64,000 nucleotides of DNA from an uncultured delta proteobacterium (GTDB lineage Bacteria > Desulfobacterota > WTBG01 > CAIYCZ01 > CAIRTM01), in contig CAWDSQ010000014.1 in the NCBI GenBank assembly GCA_963804955.1, positions 211,672-275,671 of the forward strand, in the 5' to 3' direction. Made by a program: the position numbers and the translations under genes. The notes beneath the pieces were generated by a model. The model saw only the letters and a list, made by a program, of their open reading frames with translations. It had not been told where the DNA came from and did no database searches. The stretch's first letter is position 1. Every line of letters starts with the position of its first letter. This document shows positions 39,271 through 50,250 of this stretch, in pieces.

Positions 39271-39327
39271 GACCAGGGGTCGAGATTCAGGAGTCAGGGA
39301 TCGAGTAGGGGCGCGGTACCCGCGCCC
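39271..39327 (+). repeat. Heptad repeats followed by a GTAG-REP hairpin
   Basis: gaccagg ggtcgag attcagg agtcagg gatcgag; GTAG-GGGCGCGG-TAC-CCGCGCCC (39305-39327). Confidence 0.65.
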
Positions 39328-39350
39328 GGCTCACTTAAGCAGGAGTTGTC

Positions 39351-39587
39351 ATGCGGATAACGATCAAGCTCTATTCAATGCTGCGCAGCTATCTTAAAGA
39401 TGGCGAAAACGGCGTGGGCATTCTGGAGGTTTCCGACGGAGCAAAAATAGCCGACGTGGCGGCATCGCTCGGCATTCCTGAAAAGATACCCAAAATTACA
39501 CTGGTAAACGGCGAGCAAAAAAGCCTGAGCGAACCCCTTGCCGAGGGCGACACCCTAAGCGTCTTTCCGCCCATGGCTGGAGGGTAA
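39351..39587 (+). CDS. MoaD/ThiS-family sulfur carrier
   Basis: Ubiquitin-like, ends FPPMAGG; follows AOR. Confidence 0.92.
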   Translation: MRITIKLYSMLRSYLKDGENGVGILEVSDGAKIADVAASLGIPEKIPKITLVNGEQKSLSEPLAEGDTLSVFPPMAGG

Positions 39588-39768
39588 TCGCTTCAGCCCG
39601 AGCATGAATCCAGACACGAAGATGATCTCTCCCGCATTGCCGGGTATGAGGCCGAAATAGTTGTGAGGGATGCCGGCGCTGATCAGCATAAGCATGCTTG
39701 TTATAAACAGGCCGGGCCACCCTGTTTTTCGCCAGATAAGGATTGCGGCGGCAATCGAAAAAAATCCG

Positions 39769-41437
39769 TTAGTCAGCAAAACTCTCCGGCACCCGGTACA
39801 GGCCGCCCGACTGCTCCACAAGCTCGCCAAGTGACTGTGCGGCAAGCCTGTCGCGCGTGGCATCTTTCACATTGACACCAATATCTTCAGGGTACTGCAC
39901 AAGGCCGAGCTCCCGCAGCTCGCCGATTTTGTTTGCGTCAACCAATTGGCCCAGCGGCGCATCACCCGCCACGGCGCAGATACAGGCGCTCCGCTCTTCA
40001 AGGTCTTTGCACCGGTAGAGATGGGCAATGCCGATATCCGTTACGATATGCGAAAGATCCTGCCCGTAGATCATCACCGGCGGCAGGGGCAGATGCGCTT
40101 TTTCGGCAAGCTCCCAGGCGCTCAGCTTTTCGACAAAGGTAGGCCTCTGCGGGTTGCGGCATGACTGTACAATCTGAACGATCAGGCGCTTGCCCACGGG
40201 CATGGGTCCGTTGAGCAGCGGATTTAATGCATACTTTCGGCCCATTTCAAGCCAGGCCTTTGTATGGTGTCTGCGGCCCGGCGCTTGTGCGCCCATATTG
40301 GGCGCGCCGCCGAAACCCACGATGCGGTCGGCGGTGGCAGTTGAGCTGTTGCCCCACTGGTCGATTTCAAGGGTTGAGCCGATGAACATGTCAACAGCAT
40401 AATGACCTGCAAGCTGGGCAAAAGCCCGGTTTGAGCGCAGTGAGCCGTCGGGGCCGATGGCGAAAACATCAGGCCGCGCCGCAACATAATCCTCCATGCC
40501 CTTCTCGGAGCCGAAGCAGTACACGGCCTGCACCCACCCGGCTTCAATGGCCGGTATCAGGGTAGGATGCGGGTTTAAAACCCAGTGCGTGCAGATTTTG
40601 CCTTTCAATCCCAGCTCTTTGCCATAGGTGGGCAGCAGCAGCTCGATAGCTGCCGTGTCAAACCCGATGCCGTGATTAAGCGACCGAACCCCGCAGGGCC
40701 CGTAAATGCCCTTAATAGCCATCATGGCCATAAGTATGCTCTTGTGCGTTATCTTCGCCGGATCACGCGTGAAAAGCGCCTCCTGGTAAAATGGCTCTGC
40801 GGTGGGCACGATATAGTCGACCCAGTCTGCAGGAATATCCACACGCGGAAGTTTTTCCATTGTTTCATTGACCTGAGCGATCACAATGCCCTGCTTGAAC
40901 TTCGTGGCCTCGGCGATGGCGGGCGTGTCTTCGGTATTGCCGCCGGTGAAGAGATTCCCGGCTGCATCTGCTGCATGGGCCGCAATGAGTGCTACGCGCG
41001 GCTGCAAATCAAGAAAGTAGCGCGAATACAGCTCCACATAGGTATGAATGGCCCCCAGCTCTATCTTGCCTTTGACCACCATATCGGCAAAACGTTTGCT
41101 CTGGCTGCCGGCATACGACAGATCGATTTTGCGGGCAATGCCTTTTTCGAAAATATCGAGATGCTCGGGCAGGCTCAGGGTGGACTGCAGGATATGCAGA
41201 TTATTTATTTTACGGGGATCAACGGCTGCAAGGGCTTGCGATAATACCTGCGCATGCTTCTGGTTGGTGCCCTCGATGCAGACCCTGTCGCCCGGCTCAA
41301 GCACAGCTTCAAAAAATTTGACCGCATCTTCCTCGCAGAACGATCTTGCCCGATACAGGCACCGATGCCGCTACGCGTTTATGCCGCGCCTGCGTGTTGT
41401 CGCCAATGGTGGTCCATGAATGCTGTTGTGGTTTCAC
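39769..41437 (-). CDS. mdcA: Malonate decarboxylase alpha subunit (frameshift near 41335)
   Basis: GDRVCIEGTNQK, IHTYVELY, TGGNTEDTP, LNHGIGF, LNPHP, GFGGAPNMG, PPVMIYG. Confidence 0.9.
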
Positions 41438-41502
41438 TGTAGGACTTTCCGGTTTTTGGTTTCTTCTGGCGTGTATGCCCCCAGCAGGTTTATGTTCCGC
41501 CA

Positions 41503-41530
41503 TAGGGGCGGGTTTGAAACCCGCCCCTAC
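41503..41530 (-). repeat. GTAG-type REP downstream of RAYT
   Basis: TAGGGGCGGGTTTGAAACCCGCCCCTAC hairpin. Confidence 0.85.
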
Positions 41531-41551
41531 AACCTTCACCAAAACACTTAA

Positions 41552-42125
41552 TCACCGGTTCTCTTCATCTTCCTGCCAGTTGGCAGGATTGTTGATAACA
41601 TATTCGCGGATGCGGCTCAAATCGTCATCATCCCGGATCACGTGTTCATAATAATTGCGCTGCCATACCGGCATGCCGGACGTTTGGCGGATTTCGTTAA
41701 CGCGTTTTGATGAAACCGTTTTGAATGCACCAATGGTCAACCGACCCGAAGAGGTTTTGCGAATTTCGCCTTCTAGGGGCACGATGCATCGTGCCTCTTG
41801 TTTTGTATCGGTTGTATTTCGGCACGAGCATCGGCCCCTACAATCCCGGATTTCCAAAATTCCATGAAAATGGTTCGGCATTACGACTACATTCATCCAA
41901 TGCAATATAATCATATTGCTCTGCCAGCCATGTCCACGCATTCCGCACAATCGTACCCGCATCATTCAACACCATTACGCCATCGACGATTTCCCCAAAC
42001 AGACATGCGTGCTCATGCGAGCATATCGTCAAAAAATACATGCCTGCCTGTGCATAATCATACCCATGCAGGCGAATGGACCGACGGTGATGGATTTCAG
42101 CATTATATGTCGCAGTATCGGGCAT
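41552..42125 (-). mobile_element. REP-associated tyrosine transposase (RAYT, Y1 HUH), frameshift near 41890
   Basis: RRSIRL.GYDY, YFLTIC, VVMPNHFHG (HUH), WQRNYYEHVIR..REYVINNP. Confidence 0.9.
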
Positions 42126-42159
42126 GTATCTGTATCGTACTATATTTTATTGTGCCGGG

Positions 42160-42257
42160 TTAAGCAAACGCTCATAGATAGCTGTGGCATTTTCGTGGTC
42201 GATTATTGAGTTTTTTAACAACAAATGCAATCTGCTTTTCTGTGAAAGTTTTAAAAA
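42160..42257 (-). mobile_element. IS30-family transposase C-terminal remnant
   Basis: Translates KQIAFVVKKLNNRPRKCHSY (IS30 LNNRPRK motif). Confidence 0.65.
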
Positions 42258-42366
42258 AGGCGCTTTTTGATCCCCCTCTGCAAGGGAGAATAAGCCCGCA
42301 GTCCGCAGTCACTGGCTTTTTAGGAACTTTGTGGTATGATTGCCGAACAAAAAGCACTAGAGAAAG

Positions 42367-43319
42367 ATGGTGGCTATGATCGACGAAATCCAATGGGCAG
42401 AGTTGTGCGTGACTGTCCGCAAACAGTATGCGGAGGCAGTGGCGGAGTTTCTGATCGAAGAGGGGTCCAGCAATGGCATCGTTGAGGAAAAATCTCCCGC
42501 CGACAAAGATACCGTCATTTTAAAAGCATATATAAAAAATGATGCCGAACGCGACGGCTATGTTAACCGCGTTGCCGACTTCGTGGCAGGACTCTTTGCC
42601 GCCGCGGGCGATGTTGAATCAGTGCCCGCCATCGCCGTGAACCTCATACCGGATGAAGATTGGAACAAGAAGTGGAAATCATTTTTTCAGCCCCTCAAAA
42701 TTACCGACCGGATCGTTATCAAGCCGTCATGGAAGAACTATCACCCCCTGGAGGGCGAGATCATCGTTGAGCTTGATCCGGGCATGGCCTTCGGAACAGG
42801 CACGCACCCCTCAACCAGCATGTGCCTGAAAGTGATCGACGAGCTTGAGGTCAAGCTTGCTCCACGGGCAGCCTGCGCATGCTCGATGTGGGCACGGGCT
42901 CGGGCATTCTTGCCATAGCAGCGGCAAAGCTCGGCTTTACCGAGGTGGTGGGCGTTGATGTCGACCAGGTTGCTGTTCGCGTGGCGCAGAAAAATGCAGA
43001 AATAAACGGCGTGGCTGATGAGGTGGCGTTCAGCAATACGCCCCTCAGGATGCTTGAAGGGCAGTATCCTGTGGTGGTGGCAAATATTCTGCCCCATGTT
43101 CTTATCTATCTGAAGGACCATCTGATGGCGCGGCTTGAGGCCCATGGCTTTCTCATTCTTTCCGGAATTCTGATTGAGAAGGCGCAGGAGGTTAAAAACG
43201 CCTTTGCCCTCGACCTGCATTTTTTCAAGGAACTGCACGAAGAGCAGTGGGCCTGCCTGGTGTTTCAGAAGATTAGATCAGAACGAAAATTGTTTTTTTG
43301 CAGGTGGGTTAAGCCCTGA
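42367..43319 (+). CDS. prmA: Ribosomal protein L11 methyltransferase (frameshift near 42870)
   Basis: EDWNKKWK, LDPGMAFGTGTHPST, LDVGTGSGILAI, VANIL. Confidence 0.92.
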
Positions 43320-43419
43320 AGAAACCGTTGGGTTTCGTGCCACAATCCAGTTTAAGCAAACTTAAATCCATGCAAAGAAGCACCTGCATAAGGGCAAACC
43401 CAACAAACCATGGCTTAGG
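43305..43419. repeat. Dispersed REP-like repeat, copy 1 (copy 2 at 49150-49296)
   Basis: TGGGTTAAGCCC..AGAAACCGTTGGGTTTCGT and GCATAAGGGC.AACCCAAC..CCATGG occur at both loci. Confidence 0.7.
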
Positions 43420-43466
43420 GGATGTGCAGGTTGTCGATAACGTTTCGACTCCCACGTCTTAAGCGG

Positions 43467-43877
43467 TCATGGTTCAAGGCGTTTTATTTTTCCGACCCGA
43501 GATATATGCTTTTTGTCAAAAGAATATATATCGGATATGTGCAGGGTGTCCATAAGAGCAGCAATATAGGCGTCAACAAAATCAATATTCAGCCCCGCAT
43601 ACATCGGCAGGGCTTTGGCTATGACAGCCTTATTGGTAACGTGAAGGCCCGGAGTGGCCAGGATGGCGCTTATCATAGGTGCGACCGAGGTGTTTTTTAG
43701 TCCATATGCTGATTCAAGCACCCAGACAACTTCGGCAATTACCATCTCAGCGGTCGTAAGCTTTAGTTTGCCCGCAGCCGCATCCTCCAGAAGCGCCTCC
43801 ACTTTGTCAGCCTTTTTAGGATCGTCGTTGGTGAGATACCGGATAAAAAGGTTCGTATCGATAAAACAGGTTTTCAT
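43467..43877 (-). CDS. vapC: PIN-domain toxin
   Basis: IDTN, AEVVWVL, DFVDAY, SFD acidic quartet. Confidence 0.92.
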   Translation of the reverse strand: MKTCFIDTNLFIRYLTNDDPKKADKVEALLEDAAAGKLKLTTAEMVIAEVVWVLESAYGLKNTSVAPMISAILATPGLHVTNKAVIAKALPMYAGLNIDFVDAYIAALMDTLHISDIYSFDKKHISRVGKIKRLEP

Positions 43878-44119
43878 CGCATCTCATCCATCACCCGTTG
43901 AGCCACGGCAGCCCTGGCGGATTTTTTCTCATCGGCAATAGACGTTTTTCGCTTCGGCTTTACCGCTCCACGCAGATCTTTCAAGGTTTTAAGGGGCATA
44001 AGCACAATTTTTTCCCCTTCCCGCTCAAAATCCACTTTATCATTGGGCCGTATGCCGAAGGCATCCCGGATGCCCTTGGGGATTGTCACCTGTCCCTTGG
44101 TGGTTACTTTTGCCAGCAT
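43874..44119 (-). CDS. AbrB/MazE/SpoVT-family antitoxin
   Basis: KVTTKGQVTIPK.IR; 4-bp overlap with vapC. Confidence 0.92.
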   Translation of the reverse strand: MLAKVTTKGQVTIPKGIRDAFGIRPNDKVDFEREGEKIVLMPLKTLKDLRGAVKPKRKTSIADEKKSARAAVAQRVMDEMR

Positions 44120-44137
44120 GGTCGTACCTCCATTATG

Positions 44138-44178
44138 TTTCTTACTTTAAGAATAGGTAAGAAATTATGAATTGTCAA
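44138..44178 (-). promoter_or_regulatory. TA promoter with inverted-repeat operator
   Basis: Minus-strand TTGACA (44178-44173)-17 bp-TATTCT; TTTCTTAC..GTAAGAAA inverted repeat flanks the -10. Confidence 0.65.
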
Positions 44179-44564
44179 TACTATTCCTTGCCGCTCTGTT
44201 TGGTTGAGAGCATTTAACATTTTTTTGTAGCCACGAAATAGAGACGTTCGTGGTGAGCCGCTCCCTACTACGTAAGCCAGAACTCAATCCCGCAATTTTA
44301 AAGTGAAAATTTACTTAATCTGACAGAGTCCTGATTTTTCTGATACTGTGAAATAATTACAGAACAGCTCACCGTCAATGTTAAAAGCCGCTATGTTGAT
44401 TTCTAAACAATATCCCGCAACCACTACCTATTGATGAGCGGCGCCCAATGCTCATTTCAAAGGTGACAACCCACTAGTCATGGCCCCTGTTTTTTATTTT
44501 TTTTCTATGCTATATTTTAACAATAAGGGAAAGCGCACATTAAACTCAAGAAAGGGGGCTTTTA

Positions 44565-45083
44565 ATGAGCAAAAAATTGCTGGGTGCATTGCTGTGTGCA
44601 ACTATTGTACTATGTATGTTTTCTAACGGAAGGGCAGACGAACAGTGCTGTTGCAGCATAACCTGTAACTACGAAACCATATTTGGCGGAGTTAAGAACA
44701 TACAGGTTGATCAATGTTTTGATCTTGGTTCTGGCGGAGGGAAGGTGCAAAGCTGCGATGAGGATGCCGCCTGTCTCAGTGTAAGACAGTTGGGGTGGGT
44801 CTATCTGAATGAGTGGACAGGTTCGGGATGCAACCTTCGTTCGACAGATCCTTGCCCTGCAAGCTTGTTACTGGGCAGTGAAAGCCCCAAGCTGGCTATG
44901 CTGAGACAATTTCGCGATGGCGTATTGAGCAAGACCTCGGGAGGAAGGGCGCTTATAAGGCTGTATTATCACGTGGGGCCGATGCTCATCCAGGCAATGG
45001 AAAAAAACGAGAAGTTAAAAAACTATATGCAAAAAATGCTCGATGGAGCTTTGATTGTATTGTCATATAGACAGAAAAAATAA
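44565..45083 (+). CDS. Secreted Cys-rich protein with CFI-box-CTERM-like C-terminal domain
   Basis: Signal peptide; CPASLLLG..LAMLRQFRD.VL..T.GGR.LI.LYY..GP. Confidence 0.7.
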   Translation: MSKKLLGALLCATIVLCMFSNGRADEQCCCSITCNYETIFGGVKNIQVDQCFDLGSGGGKVQSCDEDAACLSVRQLGWVYLNEWTGSGCNLRSTDPCPASLLLGSESPKLAMLRQFRDGVLSKTSGGRALIRLYYHVGPMLIQAMEKNEKLKNYMQKMLDGALIVLSYRQKK

Positions 45084-45274
45084 ATTTTTATGCCCCGACA
45101 AGCATGTGCACAAGATGTTGCTGTGAATAGCTTCCATTGACAGGAACTGCGTCTCCCAAATTGCAGCCTATATCTTGCGCCCTATTCACCTTGACGCACA
45201 ACCGTTTTTTCCCCATATCTTCATTTGGGGTACTCCAAAGAGAGTTCTTCTTATTTTATTGAAAAGGAGGCACT

Positions 45275-45991
45275 ATGAACAAAAACGATAAAATTAACTG
45301 TTTATCTCCTCTGAGCCGTCGCGATTTTCTGGTTTTGTCTTCCGGGGCTGCTGCTATCCTTGCTTCCGGCGGTTTATTAAGCAAGGCGAATGCGGCATCG
45401 CCCCATGTCCTTCCGGCCCTTCCCTATGCTGAAAACGCCCTGGAGCCCTATATATCAGCTAAAACAATCGGATTTCACTACGGTAAACATCATAAAGGAT
45501 ATATCGACAACTTGAACAAACTTATAGAAAAAACTGAATTTGCCGATCTTTCCCTGGAAAAGATAATCATAGGCACAGCGGGAAAGGCTGATAAAACCGC
45601 TATATTTAATAACGCCGCTCAAAGCTGGAATCATACCTTCTACTGGCAATGTCTCAAACCGAATGGTGGAGGCGAACCATCCGTCGCCTTTAAAAAACGT
45701 ATTGAAGCATCTTTCGGAAGCATGGATGCCTGCAGGAAGGAATTGACTGCGGCAGCAGTAACTCAGTTCGGAAGCGGATGGGCATGGCTTGTTCTTGATG
45801 GTGAGAAGCTCAAGGCAATAAAAACATCTAACGCTGAAACTCCCCTGGAAAAGGGCATGAAACCGTTATTGGTCATCGACGTGTGGGAACACGCGTATTA
45901 CCTTGATTACCAGAACAGACGTTCGGATTACGCTACCGCAGTTCTGGACAAAATTATAAACTGGAATTTTGCGGAAAAAAACCTGGGTTAG
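45275..45991 (+). CDS. sodB: Fe superoxide dismutase with Tat signal
   Basis: [29 protein letters not shown]. Confidence 0.95.
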   Translation: MNKNDKINCLSPLSRRDFLVLSSGAAAILASGGLLSKANAASPHVLPALPYAENALEPYISAKTIGFHYGKHHKGYIDNLNKLIEKTEFADLSLEKIIIGTAGKADKTAIFNNAAQSWNHTFYWQCLKPNGGGEPSVAFKKRIEASFGSMDACRKELTAAAVTQFGSGWAWLVLDGEKLKAIKTSNAETPLEKGMKPLLVIDVWEHAYYLDYQNRRSDYATAVLDKIINWNFAEKNLG

Positions 45992-46136
45992 CTGCAATAA
46001 AAGGGAGCCAATAAACAAACAAAAACCAGGGGGGCTGTTGTAGGCATATAAAACATATGCATTATGGGCAATAAACGCGTGATGGTGGGCAGGAAGGAAG
46101 AGGAAACCTGAGACAATATCTATCTGAAGTTCGTTG

Positions 46137-46175
46137 GGCCTGACTGCTGCATATGGTGGTCAGGCCTTTTTTTTT
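46137..46175 (+). terminator. Rho-independent terminator
   Basis: GGCCTGAC..GTCAGGCC followed by T9. Confidence 0.75.
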
Positions 46176-46277
46176 AAAAGCCCCTATCCCCTATTACCTG
46201 ACAAAAGATGGATTAACGGTCAGCACACATGCATCATAGCTTCGTTTTGTCGTATAGCTAACTACGCCCGCTGACAA

Positions 46278-47601
46278 TTATCCTTCCGCAGGAATATCCT
46301 CAACAATCCGTATCACCATCGTTTTCCCCTTGAGTATGGAGAGCTTTTCAAGCTGGCGTATGGCCTTTTGCAGGTCAGACTCCTTTGCCTCATGCGTGAG
46401 CATGAAAATGGACACGGCGGTATTGCTCGTGTCGCGGCCTTTCTGCACAACGGAATGGATGCTGATATTGCTGCGGCCGAGAACGCCGGAAATGGTCGAC
46501 AGCACGCCGGGCTTGTCCACAGCGGAAAAGCGCAGGTAGTAGCGGGTCTGGAGATCGCTCATGGGTTTGATGCGTACGGCCTGCGGCAGCTTGCTTCCGC
46601 AGGGCAGCAGCGGCACGCGGTTTGAAACACCCTTAACGATATTGCGGGCAAGGCTCATGATATCCGCCACAACCGCGCTGCCGGTGGGCATCATGCCGGC
46701 GCCCCGGCCGTAAAACATGGTGGGCCCCACATCCTGGCCCTGGACAAAGATGGCATTGAATGCCCCGCCTACCTGCGAGAGCATATGCTTTTCAGGAACA
46801 AGGCTCGGGTGCACGCGCGCATCAACTTCGCTGCCGTAGCCGCGGCAGATGGCCAGCAGCTTTATTTTGTAGCCCAGCTGACGGGCAAAGTCGATATCAA
46901 GGGGCGTGATGCGGGAAATGCCTTCGGTGTATATTTTTTTGGGGTCGGCTTTGCCGCCGAAGGCAAGGGAGAGCAGCACCGTGAGCTTGTGCGCCGTGTC
47001 GATGCCCTCTACGTCGAAGGTGGGATCTGCTTCGGCATAGCCCTTCGCCTGGGCATCTTTCAGCACGGCCTTAAAGTCGGCGCCTTCGTCGGTCATGCGG
47101 CTGAGTATATAGTTTGACGTGCCGTTGAGTATGCCGAGAAATCCGGCAATCCGGTCAGAAGCAAACCCTTCCTGCATGGTTCTGATGATGGGAATGCCGC
47201 CGCCGACGCTTGCTTCAAAAGCCACATCAACGCCTGCGCGCCGGGCTGCGCTGAATATCTCCCAGCCGTGCTTCGAGAGCAGCGCCTTGTTGGCCGTGAC
47301 GACATGCTTGCCGTTTTCAATGGCTTTCAGGATGAGCCTGCGCGCAGGCTCGATGCCGCCCATAAGCTCTACGACGATATCGATTGACGGATTGCTGACA
47401 ATCTCCTCTGCGCTGGTGGTGAGCGTACCCTTCTTCAGCGTCACGCCGCGGCTGCGCTTGATGTCGAGGTCGGCGATTTTTTTCAGTTCAATGTTCGCGC
47501 CAAGGCGCTGCTGCAGCAGGCCGGCGTTTTTCTGCAAGAATTTTTGCTACGCCCGTTCCCACGGTGCCAAAGCCGATCAGGCCGACGGATATCGTTTGCA
47601 T
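46278..47601 (-). CDS. hom: Homoserine dehydrogenase with ACT domain (frameshift near 47540)
   Basis: GLIGFGTVG, VTANKA, FEASVGGGIP, GILNGT, GYAEADP, C-terminal ACT. Confidence 0.95.
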
Positions 47602-47681
47602 GCGCTCTCCTTTGATGCGGGTGTGCTTGTGTGGCGCCTCACCATAACGCAAGAGCCGCTGGTTTGTCAAGAAGGCGGGGC

Positions 47682-49101
47682 CTACCTGCAGCTGCCGACA
47701 AAACTTTCCGCAAAGCCGTGATTTGAGGCGAAGTGCAGGTGCATATACCCCGCAAGCGTATTGTGAAGCCGAAAGCCCTCGGCGAATTCGGCCTTGTCTT
47801 TACGGCGCGTGACGCGGCAGGTACGCTGAATGCAGGCCGGCATGTCGCTGATGGCTGAGTAGTGAAATTCATGGCCGCGGATTTTTTCACCTTCCGCAAG
47901 AAACGGGTGGCCGGGCAGCGCCGCTGCCTCAACATAGCCCAGGCGCTGCAAGCGCGGCAGCATACGGGCCTGAGCAGGAAAAACGCCTGCCATGGCATAG
48001 CTGTTGCCGTCAAGACCGGTGAGGGCTTCAAGCAGATAGAGAAAGCCGCCGCATTCGGCGTAGACGGGGCGGCCGCCGGCGCAGAATGCGGCAATGGCAT
48101 TGCGCATTGCTGTATTGCGGCTGAGTGCTGCGGCATGCAGCTCAGGATAGCCGCCGGGCAGGTACAGGCCCTGCACATCGGGTAGTGCGTCATCATGGAT
48201 GGGGCTGAAGAAGACGATCTCCGCGCCGAACTGCTCCAGCAGGTCGATATTATCCTGATAGCAGAAGCAGAATGCCTCATCGCGGGCAATGCCGATTTTG
48301 GGGATCAGGGTTCGGGGATCAGGGTTCGGGAGTTTGAAGCATCTGCAGGTATGCCTGCAATTGCGGCTAGCGACTGATTTGGACTTTGAGGGGCAGACCC
48401 TGTCCCTGACCCCTGCCCCCGGCCCCAATTCCAATGATTTTTTCTACATCAACGGTTTCTTCAAGCTGCTGTGCAAGCTGTCCAATGATTTCCTGCAGAG
48501 CATCGCGCTCCGTTGCCATCACTAGGCCCAGATGCCGCTCGGGCGTATGCCATTTCTCATCGCGCGGTATATACCCCAGCACTTCTGCGCGACATTTCTC
48601 CTGCACGCCCGCTTTGAGCATTTCATAATGCGCAAGGCTGCCGACTTTGTTGAAAATGATCCCTGCAATGCGCACGTCGGGGTCAAACTGCTCAAATCCC
48701 AGCACAACCGCCCCTGCGGAACGTGCAAACGATGAGCCGTCTATGATAAGAAGTACCGGCAGACAAAGCATCTTTGCAATCTGAGCAGAGGACCCTTCAT
48801 CGCCTGCCCCGCTCAGACCGTCGAAAAGCCCCATGACGCCTTCGACCACACCGATATCGGCGCCTTCCATGGCGCGATGAAATGTCTGCAGGCAGCAGTC
48901 GCGTCCCATCATCCAGCCATCGAGATTGCGCGAGCCGCGGCCGGTCACTGCAGTGTGATAGCCGGGGTCTATAAAATCAGGCCCCACCTTGAAGCACTGC
49001 ACCGCAAGCCCGCGTTCCATAAGCGCCCGGGCAAGGGCTGCCGTGATCATGGTTTTTCCGGCGCCGCTGCGCTCTGCTGCGATGAGAAGACCCTGTGGCA
49101 T
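47682..49101 (-). CDS. cbiA: Cobyrinate a,c-diamide synthase (frameshift in repeat-filled linker near 48390)
   Basis: SGAGKT, FKVGPDFIDP, EGVMGLFDG, ERHLGL; then DEAFCF, GGYPE, AECGG, GHEFHYS. Confidence 0.92.
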
Positions 49102-49149
49102 AGCCAGTAAAATGAATGGGGTTATTGTTGGAAACAGTTTTTTAGAGGT

Positions 49150-49371
49150 TGGGTTAAGCCCGAAAGAAACCGTTGGGTTTCGTTCCTCAACCCAACCTTG
49201 TATGCATAGGTGAACGTAGTAGTAGGGGCTTAAAATTTTAAGCCCCTACAATAAAATATTGGCATAAGGGCGAACCCAACATATCCATGGTTCAGGATTT
49301 TATTCAGTAGGGGCACGATGCCTCGTGCCCCTACATTAGAATCCTGGATGCCGGCGTCCGCCGGCATGACG
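49150..49371. repeat. Cluster of REP elements between grpE and cbiA
   Basis: GTAGGGGCTTAAAATTTTAAGCCCCTAC (49222-49249), GTAGGGGCACGATGCCTCGTGCCCCTAC (49307-49334), GGATGCCGGC..GCCGGCATGAC, and the GTTGGGTT repeat. Confidence 0.85.
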
Positions 49372-49444
49372 AGAAAGAGACTTTGCCGGACTTTTTGTAT
49401 GCTCTATTTTTTTTGCAATGGTAAAAAAAATATGTCTGCAGCTT

Positions 49445-50098
49445 TTATTCTTCTTCCTCTTCGCACTTTTCCTCGTCGGCCCCCCGGGAAACCACCACGC
49501 GGGCCGGCCGCAGAAGTTTGTCGTTGAGGAAATACCCCTTCTGAAACTCCGCTATAACCGTATTTTCAGCATACTCCTCGTTCTCCTGATGAGCCATTGC
49601 TTCATGCTTTTCAGGATCAAAAGTCTGGCCGATGGAATCAAAGGGCTTGATATTGAATTTTTCGAGAGTGGCAATGAACTGCTTGAAAATCATTTCAACG
49701 CCTTCGACCACGGCGGCGGCATTTGCCGCGGTTTTTGCCTGCTCGAGCGCCCGTTCAAAATTATCCGCCACGGGCAGAATGTCCAGCGCCATCTTTTCAG
49801 CGCCGTATTTCAGAAGGTCGTCTTTTTCGCGGGCAACGCGCTTGCGGTAATTGTCGAACTCGGCCATGGTGCGCAGCAGCCGGTCGGAAAGCTCTTTATT
49901 CTCCTGTTCAAGCTTCTCGATTTGCCCAACAAGCTCTTCCCGTGCTGAAAGGATTATGTCCTGACCCGCAAGGTGCTCGTCTGCCGGGTTCGTTTCCAGA
50001 GTATCGCTGAGCATTTCATCGTCTGGCGTCTCTGTAATTTTTTGGCTTTTATGGCGGTTATGATCGTTTGCGGCCGGGTGTTTTTTGCTCGTAGACAC
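49445..50098 (-). CDS. grpE: Nucleotide exchange factor GrpE
   Basis: AEFDNYRKR, LPVADNFERAL, FDPEKHEA, GY..LLRPARV. Confidence 0.96.
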   Translation of the reverse strand: MSTSKKHPAANDHNRHKSQKITETPDDEMLSDTLETNPADEHLAGQDIILSAREELVGQIEKLEQENKELSDRLLRTMAEFDNYRKRVAREKDDLLKYGAEKMALDILPVADNFERALEQAKTAANAAAVVEGVEMIFKQFIATLEKFNIKPFDSIGQTFDPEKHEAMAHQENEEYAENTVIAEFQKGYFLNDKLLRPARVVVSRGADEEKCEEEEE

Positions 50099-50250
50099 AG
50101 TGTATCACGCTCCCCTATAGTTCTGGTTTCAGCAACAGCCTGATTCGTTTTTTAAAAGTAAGGATTAGAATGCTATTGTCAAGTTTTCGAGGAATTTTTT
50201 CAGGAAGATGCATGGCTGATTATTAGTTGCACAAGAGACGGCCGGACCGA

